The position numbers were made by a program, and so were the translations under genes. From assembly GCA_964587835.1 (NCBI GenBank), contig CAZPMN010000003.1, forward strand, positions 76,565 to 140,564: a stretch of 64,000 nt of DNA, written 5' to 3'. This DNA comes from an uncultured bacterium (GTDB lineage: Bacteria; Auribacterota; Erginobacteria; Erginobacterales; Erginobacteraceae). Below the pieces are notes generated by a model. It made no database searches. It saw only the letters and a program-made list of their open reading frames with translations, and was not told where the DNA came from. Shown piece by piece: positions 35,150-45,789 of the stretch; position 1 is the stretch's first letter; each line of letters starts with the position of its first letter.

Positions 35150-35647
35150 TCAGGGCAATTCGACGATATTGCTCAGCACTACCGGATCGGCGTAGGGGTT
35201 GTCGGAGGCTTCCACCAGGTAGAGGGTCCAGCCGGAGGGAACGGCCAGAGAGAGGGTGAATTCCCCGGTCTGGGCGCTGAAAAGCCCCAAGTTGTTCTGA
35301 TCGACCAGGATCCGGTTGTCGGTGGTCAGCCGGGTATGGACGGCGATCCGAACGTCCCCCCGGTAGGGTTGGAGCAGGCGGTAGGAGAAGGAGAGGTTAT
35401 CCGGCTTCTCACCGCTGACGGCGATCAGATAAACGTCTCCCCCCTCCGGCTGAAAATCCAATTCCGGCAGGACCGAATTCCAGAAGCAGCTTACCGTCTG
35501 GCCGGATGCCGGAGACTCCGGCACCGCCGCGGGGGTCGAGACGGGGGACAGGGCTGGCGGCGGGGAGACCACCTCTCCGACCGCCGGAAGACCCGGAAGC
35601 AACAAAAGCAGCAGAGCCAATCGCCACGTCGTTTTCAGCATATCCAT
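35150..35647 (-). CDS. secreted hypothetical protein
   Basis: Signal peptide LALLLLLLPGLPAVG. No known motifs. Confidence 0.45.
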   Translation of the reverse strand: MDMLKTTWRLALLLLLLPGLPAVGEVVSPPPALSPVSTPAAVPESPASGQTVSCFWNSVLPELDFQPEGGDVYLIAVSGEKPDNLSFSYRLLQPYRGDVRIAVHTRLTTDNRILVDQNNLGLFSAQTGEFTLSLAVPSGWTLYLVEASDNPYADPVVLSNIVELP

Positions 35648-35671
35648 ATCCTTCCCGCCCCCGGTGAATTC

Positions 35672-36658
35672 TCAGCCGCCGAGGTCATTCCGGTTAAACT
35701 TCACCCGCTTCCGCCAGTATTCAAGGATCGCCCTCAGCGTATCTTCGATTCCGTGTTCCGGCCGCCAGCCGGTAGCTTCCGAAAACCGGGTGTGATCCCC
35801 CTGAAAGATCGGAACCTCGGTCTTCCGCATCCTCTCCTCGGCGACCCGAACCTCGATCTTCGACTTGCTGAGCGCCAGCAACCGGTCGAGAATTTCCCGG
35901 ATCGGGTAGGCCTGCCCGGAACAGATATTGTAGATCCCCCCGGGTTCGCACCGGTCGACCGCCAGACAATAACCCCGGACCATATCCCGGACATCGGTGA
36001 AGTCCCGGGCCGGGGTGAGGTCACCGACCTCCAGGACCGGTGGCTGTACTCCCCGTTCGATCCGGGCGATCTGGAGGGCGAAAGAGGCGGTGACGAAACG
36101 GGGCCGCTGACCGGGACCGATGTGGTTAAAGGGGCGAAGCACGACCGCGTCCAGTCCCCGGTTCCGGAAATAGTAGGCGGCGGTCTGCTCGGCGCAGAGC
36201 TTGGTCAGTCCGTAGATCGAGGCGGGGCGGAGGGGGTGGTCCTCGGCGAGAGGCATCTCTTCCGGCCGGGCCTTGCCGTAAACCTCGGCCGAGCTGACCA
36301 GGATCAGCCGGACCCGTTTGGCGAGGTCGGCGGCGGCCTCGAAAACGTTCAGGCTGCCCTTGATATTGGTCTCAAAGGCCAGCTGGGGGTCGGACTGGGC
36401 CATTGGGATATGGGTGGTTCCGGCCAGGTGGAAGATCGCGTCCGGGCGGAATTTCTCAATCACCCTCCCCAGTTCCCTCACCGCCAGGATGTCGCATTCC
36501 TCCACCCTGACCCGGTTGAGGAGGAAGATGGGGTGGTCGAAGACAGCGCCGTGACGCTCGATCCCGATCACTTCCCACCCCGCCTCGACCAGGGACCAGG
36601 CCAGATGCCCCCCGGCAAAGCCGGCAATCCCGGTTATCAGCGCCTTGCGCATTTTCAA
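35672..36658 (-). CDS. rmd: NAD-dependent epimerase/dehydratase, GDP-4-keto-6-deoxy-D-mannose reductase (Rmd)-like
   Basis: ALITGIAGFAGGHLA Rossmann motif, YxxxK (YGLTKLCAE). Located next to gmd as in GDP-D-rhamnose clusters. Confidence 0.65.
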   Translation of the reverse strand: MKMRKALITGIAGFAGGHLAWSLVEAGWEVIGIERHGAVFDHPIFLLNRVRVEECDILAVRELGRVIEKFRPDAIFHLAGTTHIPMAQSDPQLAFETNIKGSLNVFEAAADLAKRVRLILVSSAEVYGKARPEEMPLAEDHPLRPASIYGLTKLCAEQTAAYYFRNRGLDAVVLRPFNHIGPGQRPRFVTASFALQIARIERGVQPPVLEVGDLTPARDFTDVRDMVRGYCLAVDRCEPGGIYNICSGQAYPIREILDRLLALSKSKIEVRVAEERMRKTEVPIFQGDHTRFSEATGWRPEHGIEDTLRAILEYWRKRVKFNRNDLGG

Positions 36659-36660
36659 AC

Positions 36661-36840
36661 CACTAATTACACTAATTAACTTGCATTATCCCCCCACCTC
36701 GCCCCCTTTGAAGTCCACTAATTACACGAATTATCACTAATTTTATTTAGAATCCCCCACCTCACCCCCTTTCAGTCCACAGATTACACTGATTACTCAG
36801 ATCAGTTCCCCCTGCCCACTGCCTACTCCCCACTGCCCAA
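36661..36840. repeat. repeat-rich intergenic region between gmd and rmd. ~40-bp direct repeat x2 (ATCCCCCACCTCGCCCCCTTTGAAGTCCACTAATTACAC), plus CACTAATTACAC and CACTGCC sub-repeats.
   Basis: Read directly at 36688-36727 and 36747-36785. Confidence 0.7.
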
Positions 36841-37953
<1,113 letters not shown>

Positions 37954-37968
37954 CTACTTCAGGGTCCG

Positions 37969-39222
37969 ATGAATTCAAAGCGGAAAGATACTGTGAAGAA
38001 GCCATTCCGACAGATCCTGCTTTTAGACAACCCGGTAATGGAATACGCCTGGGGTTCGTTTACCTTCATTCCCGAACTGCTGGGTCGCCCCTCCCCTTCC
38101 CCCAAACCCGCGGCCGAACTGTGGATGGGAGCCCATCCCCGGGCTCCTTCCCGGGTGATGATCGGCGACGAATTTGTTTCCCTCGACCGATTCGTCCGGG
38201 ATAATCCTTTGGAGATTCTCGGCCCCCCGACAGCGGATAAGTTCGGGGACCGGTTGCCCTTCCTTTTGAAGATCCTCGCCGTCGAACGGCCGCTCTCTAT
38301 CCAGGCTCACCCCGACCGGACCCGAGCCCGCCAGGGCTGGCAGCGAGAGAACGCGGCCGGGATCCCTCTGGACGGTCCCGAACGGAACTATCGCGACCCC
38401 GAGGCGAAACCGGAGCTTATCTCCGCCCTGACTTCCTTCGAAGCCTTCTGCGGTTTCCGCCCCCCGGACGAGATCGCCGCCACCCTGGCCGGGCTCGACC
38501 TGGACTCCATTCTGCCCGCGGCGCAACATTTCGCAGCGGAGCCGCACGGGGGGAACCTCCGTTCTCTCTTCCGGAACCTGCTCGCCCTCACCCCCCCGGA
38601 GAAAGACAGACTCCTGCACCTGACCGCCGAAGTGATCGACCATCCGGAGAAGACATTCCCGGTTCCCGCAGCGGCCAGAAACTGGTTCGCCCGGCTGCGG
38701 AATCTCTATCCCGGCGACATCGGGGCTTTCGTCTCGCTCCTGCTCAACTACGTCCGCCTGGAACCGGGGGAGGCTCTCTTCCTCGCACCCGGAGAGATAC
38801 ACGCCTACCTCGGTGGGGCCGGAGTGGAGATAATGGCCTCCTCCGACAACGTCCTCCGGGGAGGTTTGACCGTCAAGCATATCGACGGCCCCGAACTCTG
38901 CCGTGTCCTGAGCTGCTCCTGCGGGGCGGTTTCTCCCCTGCGGCCGGACGCCGGCGCCGGGGTCGAAACCGTCTATCCCTGTCCGGCCGAGGATTTCCGG
39001 CTCTCCCGCCTGTTTTCCGTATCCTCAGAACCTTTCCTGAGCCGCGGGCGGGGTGGGCCGGAGATTGTCTTCTGCTATCGGGGGCGGGCCCGGGCGGAGG
39101 GCGGCGCCGGGCCGACCGTTGATCTCACCCCGGGCAGTTCGATCTTCATTCCCTTCGCGGTGGGAGAATATTCGCTCCAGGGGGAAGCCGTTCTTTACCG
39201 GGCTTCCCTTCCGGCCGGGTAA
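37969..39222 (+). CDS. manA: mannose-6-phosphate isomerase, class I
   Basis: YAWGS, ELWMGAHP, LSIQAHPD, ENAAGIPLDGPERNYRDP, EIMASSDNVLRGGLT. Confidence 0.85.
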   Translation: MNSKRKDTVKKPFRQILLLDNPVMEYAWGSFTFIPELLGRPSPSPKPAAELWMGAHPRAPSRVMIGDEFVSLDRFVRDNPLEILGPPTADKFGDRLPFLLKILAVERPLSIQAHPDRTRARQGWQRENAAGIPLDGPERNYRDPEAKPELISALTSFEAFCGFRPPDEIAATLAGLDLDSILPAAQHFAAEPHGGNLRSLFRNLLALTPPEKDRLLHLTAEVIDHPEKTFPVPAAARNWFARLRNLYPGDIGAFVSLLLNYVRLEPGEALFLAPGEIHAYLGGAGVEIMASSDNVLRGGLTVKHIDGPELCRVLSCSCGAVSPLRPDAGAGVETVYPCPAEDFRLSRLFSVSSEPFLSRGRGGPEIVFCYRGRARAEGGAGPTVDLTPGSSIFIPFAVGEYSLQGEAVLYRASLPAG

Positions 39223-39394
39223 ACGGAAAAGAGGGGAAGCTCTTCCGGGGAAAATTCGTCTTGACTTCACCGAAGGGTCTGTTAACCTGCGCTTCCGGCA
39301 GCCTGATCGGGTTGCAAACAGTTTAATATATCTAATTCAGCGCGGGGCGCTGGATTAAACAATCTCAATCTTTCCATAACAAGGAGGAAAGAAA

Positions 39395-39673
39395 ATGGCC
39401 AAGTCAAAGAAAGACATCATCGCCCAGATCGCCAAGGACGCGGGCATTACCAAGAAGGCCGCCGAGGCGGCATACTCCTCACTGGTCGCCCAGGTTTACA
39501 AGGGCGCTAAATCCAAGGATGGGATCACCCTCCCCGGGCTGGGCAAGTTTGTCAAGACCCGCCGGAAAGCCCGGAGCGGCCGGAACCCGCAGACCGGCGC
39601 CAAGATCAAGATCCCGGCCAAGACCGTGGTCAAGTTCAAGGTCTCCAAGGCCGCCCAGGACGCCGTCGTATAA
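39395..39673 (+). CDS. hup: HU-family DNA-binding protein
   Basis: 92 aa. GFGKF..RARSGRNPQTG...I motif. Good RBS AAGGAGG 8 nt upstream. Confidence 0.9.
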   Translation: MAKSKKDIIAQIAKDAGITKKAAEAAYSSLVAQVYKGAKSKDGITLPGLGKFVKTRRKARSGRNPQTGAKIKIPAKTVVKFKVSKAAQDAVV

Positions 39674-39690
39674 TCCCGGCGAACGGGGAA

Positions 39691-39726
39691 AAGGCCGCGG
39701 CAGCAATGCCGCGGCCTTTTTTTTAT
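39691..39726. terminator. bidirectional rho-independent terminator (hup on +, malQ on -)
   Basis: AAGGCCGCGGCAGCAATGCCGCGGCCTT followed by TTTTTTT. A-tract on the other side. Confidence 0.8.
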
Positions 39727-41216
39727 CTCCCCGATTCGCCCGCCAGCCGCCGGAGACGGGCGGCCAGTTCCCGGGTCAGCGCACCGGAATCGAACCGCCA
39801 CTCCCACTGACCGGTCGACCGGCCGGGGATGTTCATCCGCCCCTCGCTCCCCAACCCGAGAGGATCCTGGAAGGGGACGATTGCGGTGTCGGCCCGGGAG
39901 TGGAAGACGGCCGCCACCATACCCCAGTTAATCTCCCGGGGATCGGTTCCGAGAAACGACAGGACGCGCTTCTTCATCTTCGGAGAGAGTGTGCGGTACC
40001 AACCCCGACAGGTATCGTTGTCGTGCAGTCCGGTATAGTAGGCGCAGTTTTCGGGGATCCGAGCCGGATGATGGTAATTTCTCGATCCGCCTTCCAGGCC
40101 GAACTGCAGTTCCCGAACCCCGGGGATCTCGAATTTTTTCATCAGCCGGTCCACCGGCTGCTCGATCTCCGCTTCCAGGGCTTCGGCGATGATCGGCAGC
40201 GGCTGGCCGCCCTTTCCCTCCAGGGAACGGAAGAGGGCGGCCCCCGGGCCGCGGACCCAGCTCCCGTTCCGGGAGGAGGGACGGCGGGGGGGGATATGCC
40301 AGCAGGCGTAAAAGCCGGAGAAATGATCCACCCGGACGATATCGACCAGCCCCAGCACCCGCTGAAAACGGCGGCGCCACCAGCCGTAGCCGTCCCGGCG
40401 CATCTGCGCCCAGTCGTAGAGCGGGTTCCCCCAGACCTGGCCCACCCGGCCGCCCCGGGGAGGGGGGACTCCGGAGAGAGCTGAACGCCGGCCGTTTCCG
40501 TCAGCCAGGAAGAGGCCGCGACCGGCCCAGAGATCGGCGCTGTCCAGGTTGACGAAGAAGGGGAGGTCGCCGATCAGCATTACCCCCCGCCGGTTAACCC
40601 GGCGCCGAAAACGTTCCCACTGCCGGAAGAAAAGGTACTGCCCGAACTCGACCTCGGCGATCCGCTCCGCCAGTTTCTCCCGGGCGGCTTCCAGGGCCTT
40701 CTCCTCCCGGCGGCGGAGGGGAGCCGGCCATCGATACCAGGGCCGATAGCCGAGTTCCTCCCGCAGGGCGACGAAAAGGGCGTAGTCTTTAAGCCAGTGG
40801 TCGTTCTCCCGGCAAAATCGGTCCAGCCGGCGGCGGTCCCGGGGCGTGGATTCGGCTCCATACCGCCGGAAGGCTTCGTGGAGCAGGCGCGACTTGAAGC
40901 GGATGACCCGGGAGAAATCCACCCGTCCGGAGGGGAAGGACGGGCGTTTCTTCAGCTCACCTTGCTCCAGCAGGCCCTCACCGGCCAGATCCTCCAGGCT
41001 GATCAGAAGCCGGTTGCCGGCGAAGGCCGAGCAACTGGAATAAGGGCAGTTCCCCGCCCCGATCGGATTCAGGGGGAGGATCTGCCAGAGCTTGAGGCCC
41101 GCCCCGGCCAGAAAATCAGCGAACCGCAGAGATTCCGGGCCGAGATCGCCGATCCCGAACGGTCCGGGGAGCGAGGTCAGGTGGAGGAGAATTCCGGCCC
41201 GGCGGGGAAAGCGCAT
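39723..41216 (-). CDS. malQ: 4-alpha-glucanotransferase (amylomaltase, GH77), paralogue 1
   Basis: RRAGILLHLTSLPGPFGIGDLG, RVDHFSGFYACWHIP, GDLPFF, LHDND. Confidence 0.9.
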   Translation of the reverse strand: MRFPRRAGILLHLTSLPGPFGIGDLGPESLRFADFLAGAGLKLWQILPLNPIGAGNCPYSSCSAFAGNRLLISLEDLAGEGLLEQGELKKRPSFPSGRVDFSRVIRFKSRLLHEAFRRYGAESTPRDRRRLDRFCRENDHWLKDYALFVALREELGYRPWYRWPAPLRRREEKALEAAREKLAERIAEVEFGQYLFFRQWERFRRRVNRRGVMLIGDLPFFVNLDSADLWAGRGLFLADGNGRRSALSGVPPPRGGRVGQVWGNPLYDWAQMRRDGYGWWRRRFQRVLGLVDIVRVDHFSGFYACWHIPPRRPSSRNGSWVRGPGAALFRSLEGKGGQPLPIIAEALEAEIEQPVDRLMKKFEIPGVRELQFGLEGGSRNYHHPARIPENCAYYTGLHDNDTCRGWYRTLSPKMKKRVLSFLGTDPREINWGMVAAVFHSRADTAIVPFQDPLGLGSEGRMNIPGRSTGQWEWRFDSGALTRELAARLRRLAGESGR

Positions 41217-41221
41217 CGTAT

Positions 41222-42712
41222 TTACCTCCCGGAATCCCGGGTCGCCCGGCCAAGCCGGCCGGCGACCTGGTCGGTCAGCATCTTCCGTTCAAACCGCCAC
41301 TCCCACTGCCCGCTCCCGGCGCCGGGGATATTCATCCGCGCCTCACTGCCCAGGCCGAGAACGTCCTGCAGGGGAATGACCGCGGTGGCGGCCGGGGATT
41401 GCTGGACGGCCTGGATAAACCGATGATTGATCTTCCGGACAGTCCGGACGCCCAGATAGTCCAGGACCCGTTTTCGGACCGAGGGGTCCCGGGAGGCGAA
41501 CCAGCCGATCGCGGTATCGTCGTCGTGGGTGCCCGGGTAGGCGACGCACCGGGCGGGATAATTTTCCGGCAGGTGGGGGTTGGCGGGGTTGCCGGAGAAA
41601 CCATGCTGGAGGATCCTGATCCCCGGGTAGCCGAGTTCTTCCAGGAGCAATTCGGTCCGGGACATCAGCTTCGGCTCCAGGGCCTCGCCGATGATCGGGA
41701 GCGTTTCCGGATCTTCGGCCAGCACCCGGAAGAGGGCGGATCCCGGCCCGCTGACCCACCGACCCTCGGCCGAGGTGGTCGCTCCCGGCCTCACGTGCCA
41801 GCAGGCGTAAAAACCGGAGAAATGGTCCACCCGGACGATGTCAAAAGCGGAAAACATCTCGGCAAACCTCAGCCGCCACCAGGGGAAACCGGCCTTCCCC
41901 ATCACCTTCCAGTCATAGAGGGGCATATCCCAGATCTGGCTCACCCCGGCCCGGCTGGGCGGTACCCCGGAAAGTTCCCGCAGCCCCCCCTGCTGGTTGA
42001 TGAGGAAAAAGTCGCGATGGCTCCAGACGTCGACGCTGTCGTGATTGGCGAAGAAGGAGAGATCGCCGATAATCCGGATGCCCCGTTCGTGGGCGTATTC
42101 GCCCAGGCGCCCCCACTGCCGGGAAAATAGATACTGCCGGAAGCGGACGGCGGCGATCCCCGCCGCCTGTTCCGTCCTGGCGGCGCGGACAGCCTCCGGG
42201 CGGCGCCGGGCGATCCCTTCCGGCCAGTCGTACCAGGGGATTCCCCGATACTTGTCCTTGAGGGCGAAAAAGAGGGCGGCGTCATCCAGCCAGCTCGACT
42301 TCCGACGGGCGAATTCCTTCAGTTCCCTCCTCTCCTTCTCCCCGGCATCGGTCAGGAAATTTCGATAGGCCCGGTCGAGCAATTTAAACTTGAACGCCGT
42401 CGCCGCTACATAATCGACCCGGCCGCCGGGAAACCGCGGGGCGGAGGCGAGATCGGAGGAACCGAGGAGACCATCCCCGACCAGTTCCTCCAGGCTGATC
42501 AACAAGGGGTTGCCGGCCAGAACCGCGGGGCTGGAATAGGGAGAGTTCCCGAAACCGAGCGGAGAGAGGGGCAGGACCTGCCATAGCCGCTGGCCCGATG
42601 CCGCCAGGAAATCAATGAAGCGGCGGGCTTCCGCTCCAAGGTCACCGATCCCTCCGGGGGACGGGAGGGAGGTGGGGTGGAGGAGGATTCCGGATCTACG
42701 GGGAAATTTCAT
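41222..42712 (-). CDS. malQ: 4-alpha-glucanotransferase (amylomaltase, GH77), paralogue 2 (tandem duplicate)
   Basis: RRSGILLHPTSLPSPGGIGDLG, RVDHFSGFYACWHV, GTHDDD. Collinear with paralogue 1. Confidence 0.9.
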   Translation of the reverse strand: MKFPRRSGILLHPTSLPSPGGIGDLGAEARRFIDFLAASGQRLWQVLPLSPLGFGNSPYSSPAVLAGNPLLISLEELVGDGLLGSSDLASAPRFPGGRVDYVAATAFKFKLLDRAYRNFLTDAGEKERRELKEFARRKSSWLDDAALFFALKDKYRGIPWYDWPEGIARRRPEAVRAARTEQAAGIAAVRFRQYLFSRQWGRLGEYAHERGIRIIGDLSFFANHDSVDVWSHRDFFLINQQGGLRELSGVPPSRAGVSQIWDMPLYDWKVMGKAGFPWWRLRFAEMFSAFDIVRVDHFSGFYACWHVRPGATTSAEGRWVSGPGSALFRVLAEDPETLPIIGEALEPKLMSRTELLLEELGYPGIRILQHGFSGNPANPHLPENYPARCVAYPGTHDDDTAIGWFASRDPSVRKRVLDYLGVRTVRKINHRFIQAVQQSPAATAVIPLQDVLGLGSEARMNIPGAGSGQWEWRFERKMLTDQVAGRLGRATRDSGR

Positions 42713-42774
42713 AATTAGCCACGAAGATGACGGCCGGCCACCGCCCGCCGGTTATCTTGGAAAAAGGCCCGGGT

Positions 42775-44259
42775 TCACTCCAGTCGGCGCAACCGGGGGA
42801 TCCCGTACTGGGAGGAGATCCGCTCATCTGCCTCGGCCAGCTCGGCGGCCCCAAAGACGATCTCCCGATCAAATTCCTCGAACCGGAACCGCTGAAACCC
42901 CCCTTCCGGAGATTTCAACGCCGCGGATACGTCCTCGATTTTCGCGATCGGCCGGCCGTTGACCGAGGCCAGGACCAGGTCCTCCAATCCCTGATATCCG
43001 AGATTGACTTCGTCGGGAAGGACCCGGTTCAGGATCACGATTCTTTCCCGGTCCGTCCCGGGCCGCCGCAGATTATAGTAATACTGGTACAAGAGTTTCT
43101 TGCTGGTCCGAAGCCGCCACTGATTTCCCCACTCCTTCAGGTAATCCAGGGTAAGCTCCTGAAAGATCGCCCCACCGACGATCAGGTACTTGGTCACCGT
43201 TCCAAAGCTGTATGGCGGAACCAGGTAATCGGCCAGCTGCCAGCGGCGCAGGTTCATCTCGACTTCCCCCGGCTCGCCGGCGCGGATTAGGTCCAGCCGG
43301 ACCCGGTCGCCGGGGCGGTAAAACCGGGTGATGAGATCCCGGTAATCGAGTCGGCCCCACCGGGGGTCCTCATAGTAACCCTCCGCGTCCAGGGCCCGAC
43401 CGTCAATCGCCAACAGGACATCTCCCTCCTCAAGCAGCCCGGCAGCGGAACCCCGGGGATAGATGCCAGCGACATAGACCCCTCCGGCATCATGGGGGAG
43501 CCGGAGAAACTTGCGAAAGGCGGGAGACCGGGTGGAAGACCCGAAGAAACCCTCGTGGGGGAAGCCGGCATAACCCTCCGGACCGACCGCGGAGAGAAAC
43601 CGGGCGATAATCGTCGCCGGAATTATGGTGGCGTACTGCCGTTGACCGTCATAGGTCATCGTCATACCGACCAGCTTTCCCTCCGAGACCACCGGTTCGC
43701 TCCACCCCCCGCCGCGATCCTCAAAGTTGACCGACGCGCCCAGAGCCAGGAAACGTTCCACCCCCAGGTAGTAGAATTCAACCGAGGCCTTGACCAGCGA
43801 GCCGGGGATGGCCCGGATCTTGTCCGCCTCTTCAAAGACCAGGAACTGGACCGGCTGGTCGAGTTCCACCTCTTCCTCCAGTTCCATCGGGGGAAGATCG
43901 GAGAAAAAGGAAGCGTCATCGACCGTAATCAGGGCCAGATCAACATCGTAATCGATCACCTCGAGCCGGCCCTCAAAGTAACGCTTCTCCCGTCTTTTCT
44001 CCACCTTGATCATCGTAGCGTCCGCGACGATATCGGCGGTGGTGAGAATCTTTCCCGGCGCGACCACGCAACCGTAACCGGAACGGCTTTCTTCCCGCTC
44101 CCGTTTCCAGGGACTGGCAAAGTCGGTCTTCTGACTGGCCACGTGGAGCCGGACCAGGGACGGTTCCGCCGCCGGACCGGCGGCGGAACCGTTCGTGGAA
44201 AACGGGAGCAATAAAAGCCCGGCTAACCCCAATAAGGCCAGATATCTTTTCGCCGTCAT
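42775..44259 (-). CDS. HtrA/DegP-like secreted protein with degenerate catalytic triad (pseudo-protease paralogue) plus PDZ
   Basis: Signal peptide. Aligns with the neighbour, but TNAHVV becomes TTADIV (His lost) and GNSGGP becomes EDRGGG (Ser lost). Asp block DVDLALI is retained. Confidence 0.65.
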   Translation of the reverse strand: MTAKRYLALLGLAGLLLLPFSTNGSAAGPAAEPSLVRLHVASQKTDFASPWKREREESRSGYGCVVAPGKILTTADIVADATMIKVEKRREKRYFEGRLEVIDYDVDLALITVDDASFFSDLPPMELEEEVELDQPVQFLVFEEADKIRAIPGSLVKASVEFYYLGVERFLALGASVNFEDRGGGWSEPVVSEGKLVGMTMTYDGQRQYATIIPATIIARFLSAVGPEGYAGFPHEGFFGSSTRSPAFRKFLRLPHDAGGVYVAGIYPRGSAAGLLEEGDVLLAIDGRALDAEGYYEDPRWGRLDYRDLITRFYRPGDRVRLDLIRAGEPGEVEMNLRRWQLADYLVPPYSFGTVTKYLIVGGAIFQELTLDYLKEWGNQWRLRTSKKLLYQYYYNLRRPGTDRERIVILNRVLPDEVNLGYQGLEDLVLASVNGRPIAKIEDVSAALKSPEGGFQRFRFEEFDREIVFGAAELAEADERISSQYGIPRLRRLE

Positions 44260-44300
44260 TTAAACGTAGAGTTGATCCTGTTATCCCGTCAAAATTACTT

Positions 44301-45788
44301 TTAGGGAGCGGTTAGATAGCGATCGGCGGGGATATGGTACCGCTCGAGGATCCGCTCTTGTTCCTCGGCCGACGCTGCGGCGTCAAGGACCAGCGGGGGT
44401 CCGCCGTCGTCAAATTCCACCAGGTGGTAATCTTCGGACGGATGGGCAAAAGCCCCCGCCAGGTCGGCCAGGGCGGAGATCTTCCGTCCGTTGACCCGGT
44501 CCACCACCTTCTGGGTCAGATTGCTGTAATACTGGTTGACCGGGGCGGGCAAGACCCGGGAGAGGATAACTATCTCCGGGCGTTCCCGGTAAATCCGGTC
44601 CTGGTTATAGTAGAAGAAGTAATAGGCCAGACGCGGATCGGAACGACTGGCCCAGTCATCGCTCCAGGTCTTGAGGTATTCCCGGGAGAGCGGCTGGAAG
44701 AGTAGGCCGGCGAAGATGAAGTACTCCGGTCGGGCTTCATATTCATTCCAGCTTCTCATTACCTCCCGGCCCGCGGTCAAGGATAAGGGAACCTGCATCT
44801 CTTTTCCTTCCCGGATCAGCCCCAGCATCACCCGGTCCCCCACCTGTTTGCGCTCCACCACTTCCTGCAGGAGATAGTTTTCCCCCTCGATTAAAATCGT
44901 TCCATCGTTCTGAATCGGGTTGCCGTCAATCGTCAGGAGGAGATCGCCGGAGCGGACCGCATCCTGGGCCGAATATCCTTTGAGCAGGGCGGTCGCCAGG
45001 ACTCCGGTTCTCTCTTCCGGGAGTCCGGCGTAACTCCGGTGGGCCGGGTTGAGCAGGTTGGCGGTGATGATCCCCAGATCGGGGTAGCCGTCGTAACGGC
45101 CGTCGGCGATATCTTCCAGGAAGTGGTCGATAACCGTAATCGGGATCACGTGGCCGACGTTCTCCGAGGACTGGACCCCCTGGAAGACGATCCCGGCGAT
45201 TTTTCCTTCCCTCAGAACCGGCCCTCCGGAGTTCCCCGGGTTGACGGCGGCGTCGATCTGGGCGATCAGATGGTAATCCCGGCCGGTGTGACTGTAGAGG
45301 GTATAGTCGATCCGGGAGACCACACCGCGGGTGACCGTGATCCGGCGGCCGCCCACCGGGAACCCATAAGCCTCGACCATTGTTCCCAGGGGGGGGATCT
45401 CCCGGTGAAAGTCAAGCTGCGTGGTACCCTCAAAGAATGCCGGATCGAGGACCTCGAGAAGTGCCAGGTCGCAGTCGTGCCCGATGTAGGAAACCACCGC
45501 CTTAAAGGGCGTCCCGCAGTCCTCCTTCTCGACCTCCAGGTAACGGGAGTCGCTGACTACGTGGGCATTGGTCAGGATCCGGTTGTCGGATATGATGACC
45601 CCGGAACCGCGTCCGACGGAAATACTCTTGCGCTGCCAGGGAGAGGCGTAATCCGGGCGCTGGCTGACGTTCTTGATCTTGACGATCGCCGACCGGATCC
45701 GGGAAAGTTCGCCGTCTCCCCCAGCGAGAGCCGGGCGCGCGGGGAGCAGAATACCCAGGCCAACCAGCGCGCAGATGAATCTCCTCAT
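44301..45788 (-). CDS. HtrA/DegP-family (S1C) serine protease with PDZ domain(s), secreted
   Basis: GSGVIISDNRILTNAHVV (His), DCDLALL (Asp), NPGNSGGPV (Ser). PDZ-like GDLLLTIDGNPIQNDG. Confidence 0.8.
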   Translation of the reverse strand: MRRFICALVGLGILLPARPALAGGDGELSRIRSAIVKIKNVSQRPDYASPWQRKSISVGRGSGVIISDNRILTNAHVVSDSRYLEVEKEDCGTPFKAVVSYIGHDCDLALLEVLDPAFFEGTTQLDFHREIPPLGTMVEAYGFPVGGRRITVTRGVVSRIDYTLYSHTGRDYHLIAQIDAAVNPGNSGGPVLREGKIAGIVFQGVQSSENVGHVIPITVIDHFLEDIADGRYDGYPDLGIITANLLNPAHRSYAGLPEERTGVLATALLKGYSAQDAVRSGDLLLTIDGNPIQNDGTILIEGENYLLQEVVERKQVGDRVMLGLIREGKEMQVPLSLTAGREVMRSWNEYEARPEYFIFAGLLFQPLSREYLKTWSDDWASRSDPRLAYYFFYYNQDRIYRERPEIVILSRVLPAPVNQYYSNLTQKVVDRVNGRKISALADLAGAFAHPSEDYHLVEFDDGGPPLVLDAAASAEEQERILERYHIPADRYLTAP

Positions 45789-45789
45789 C

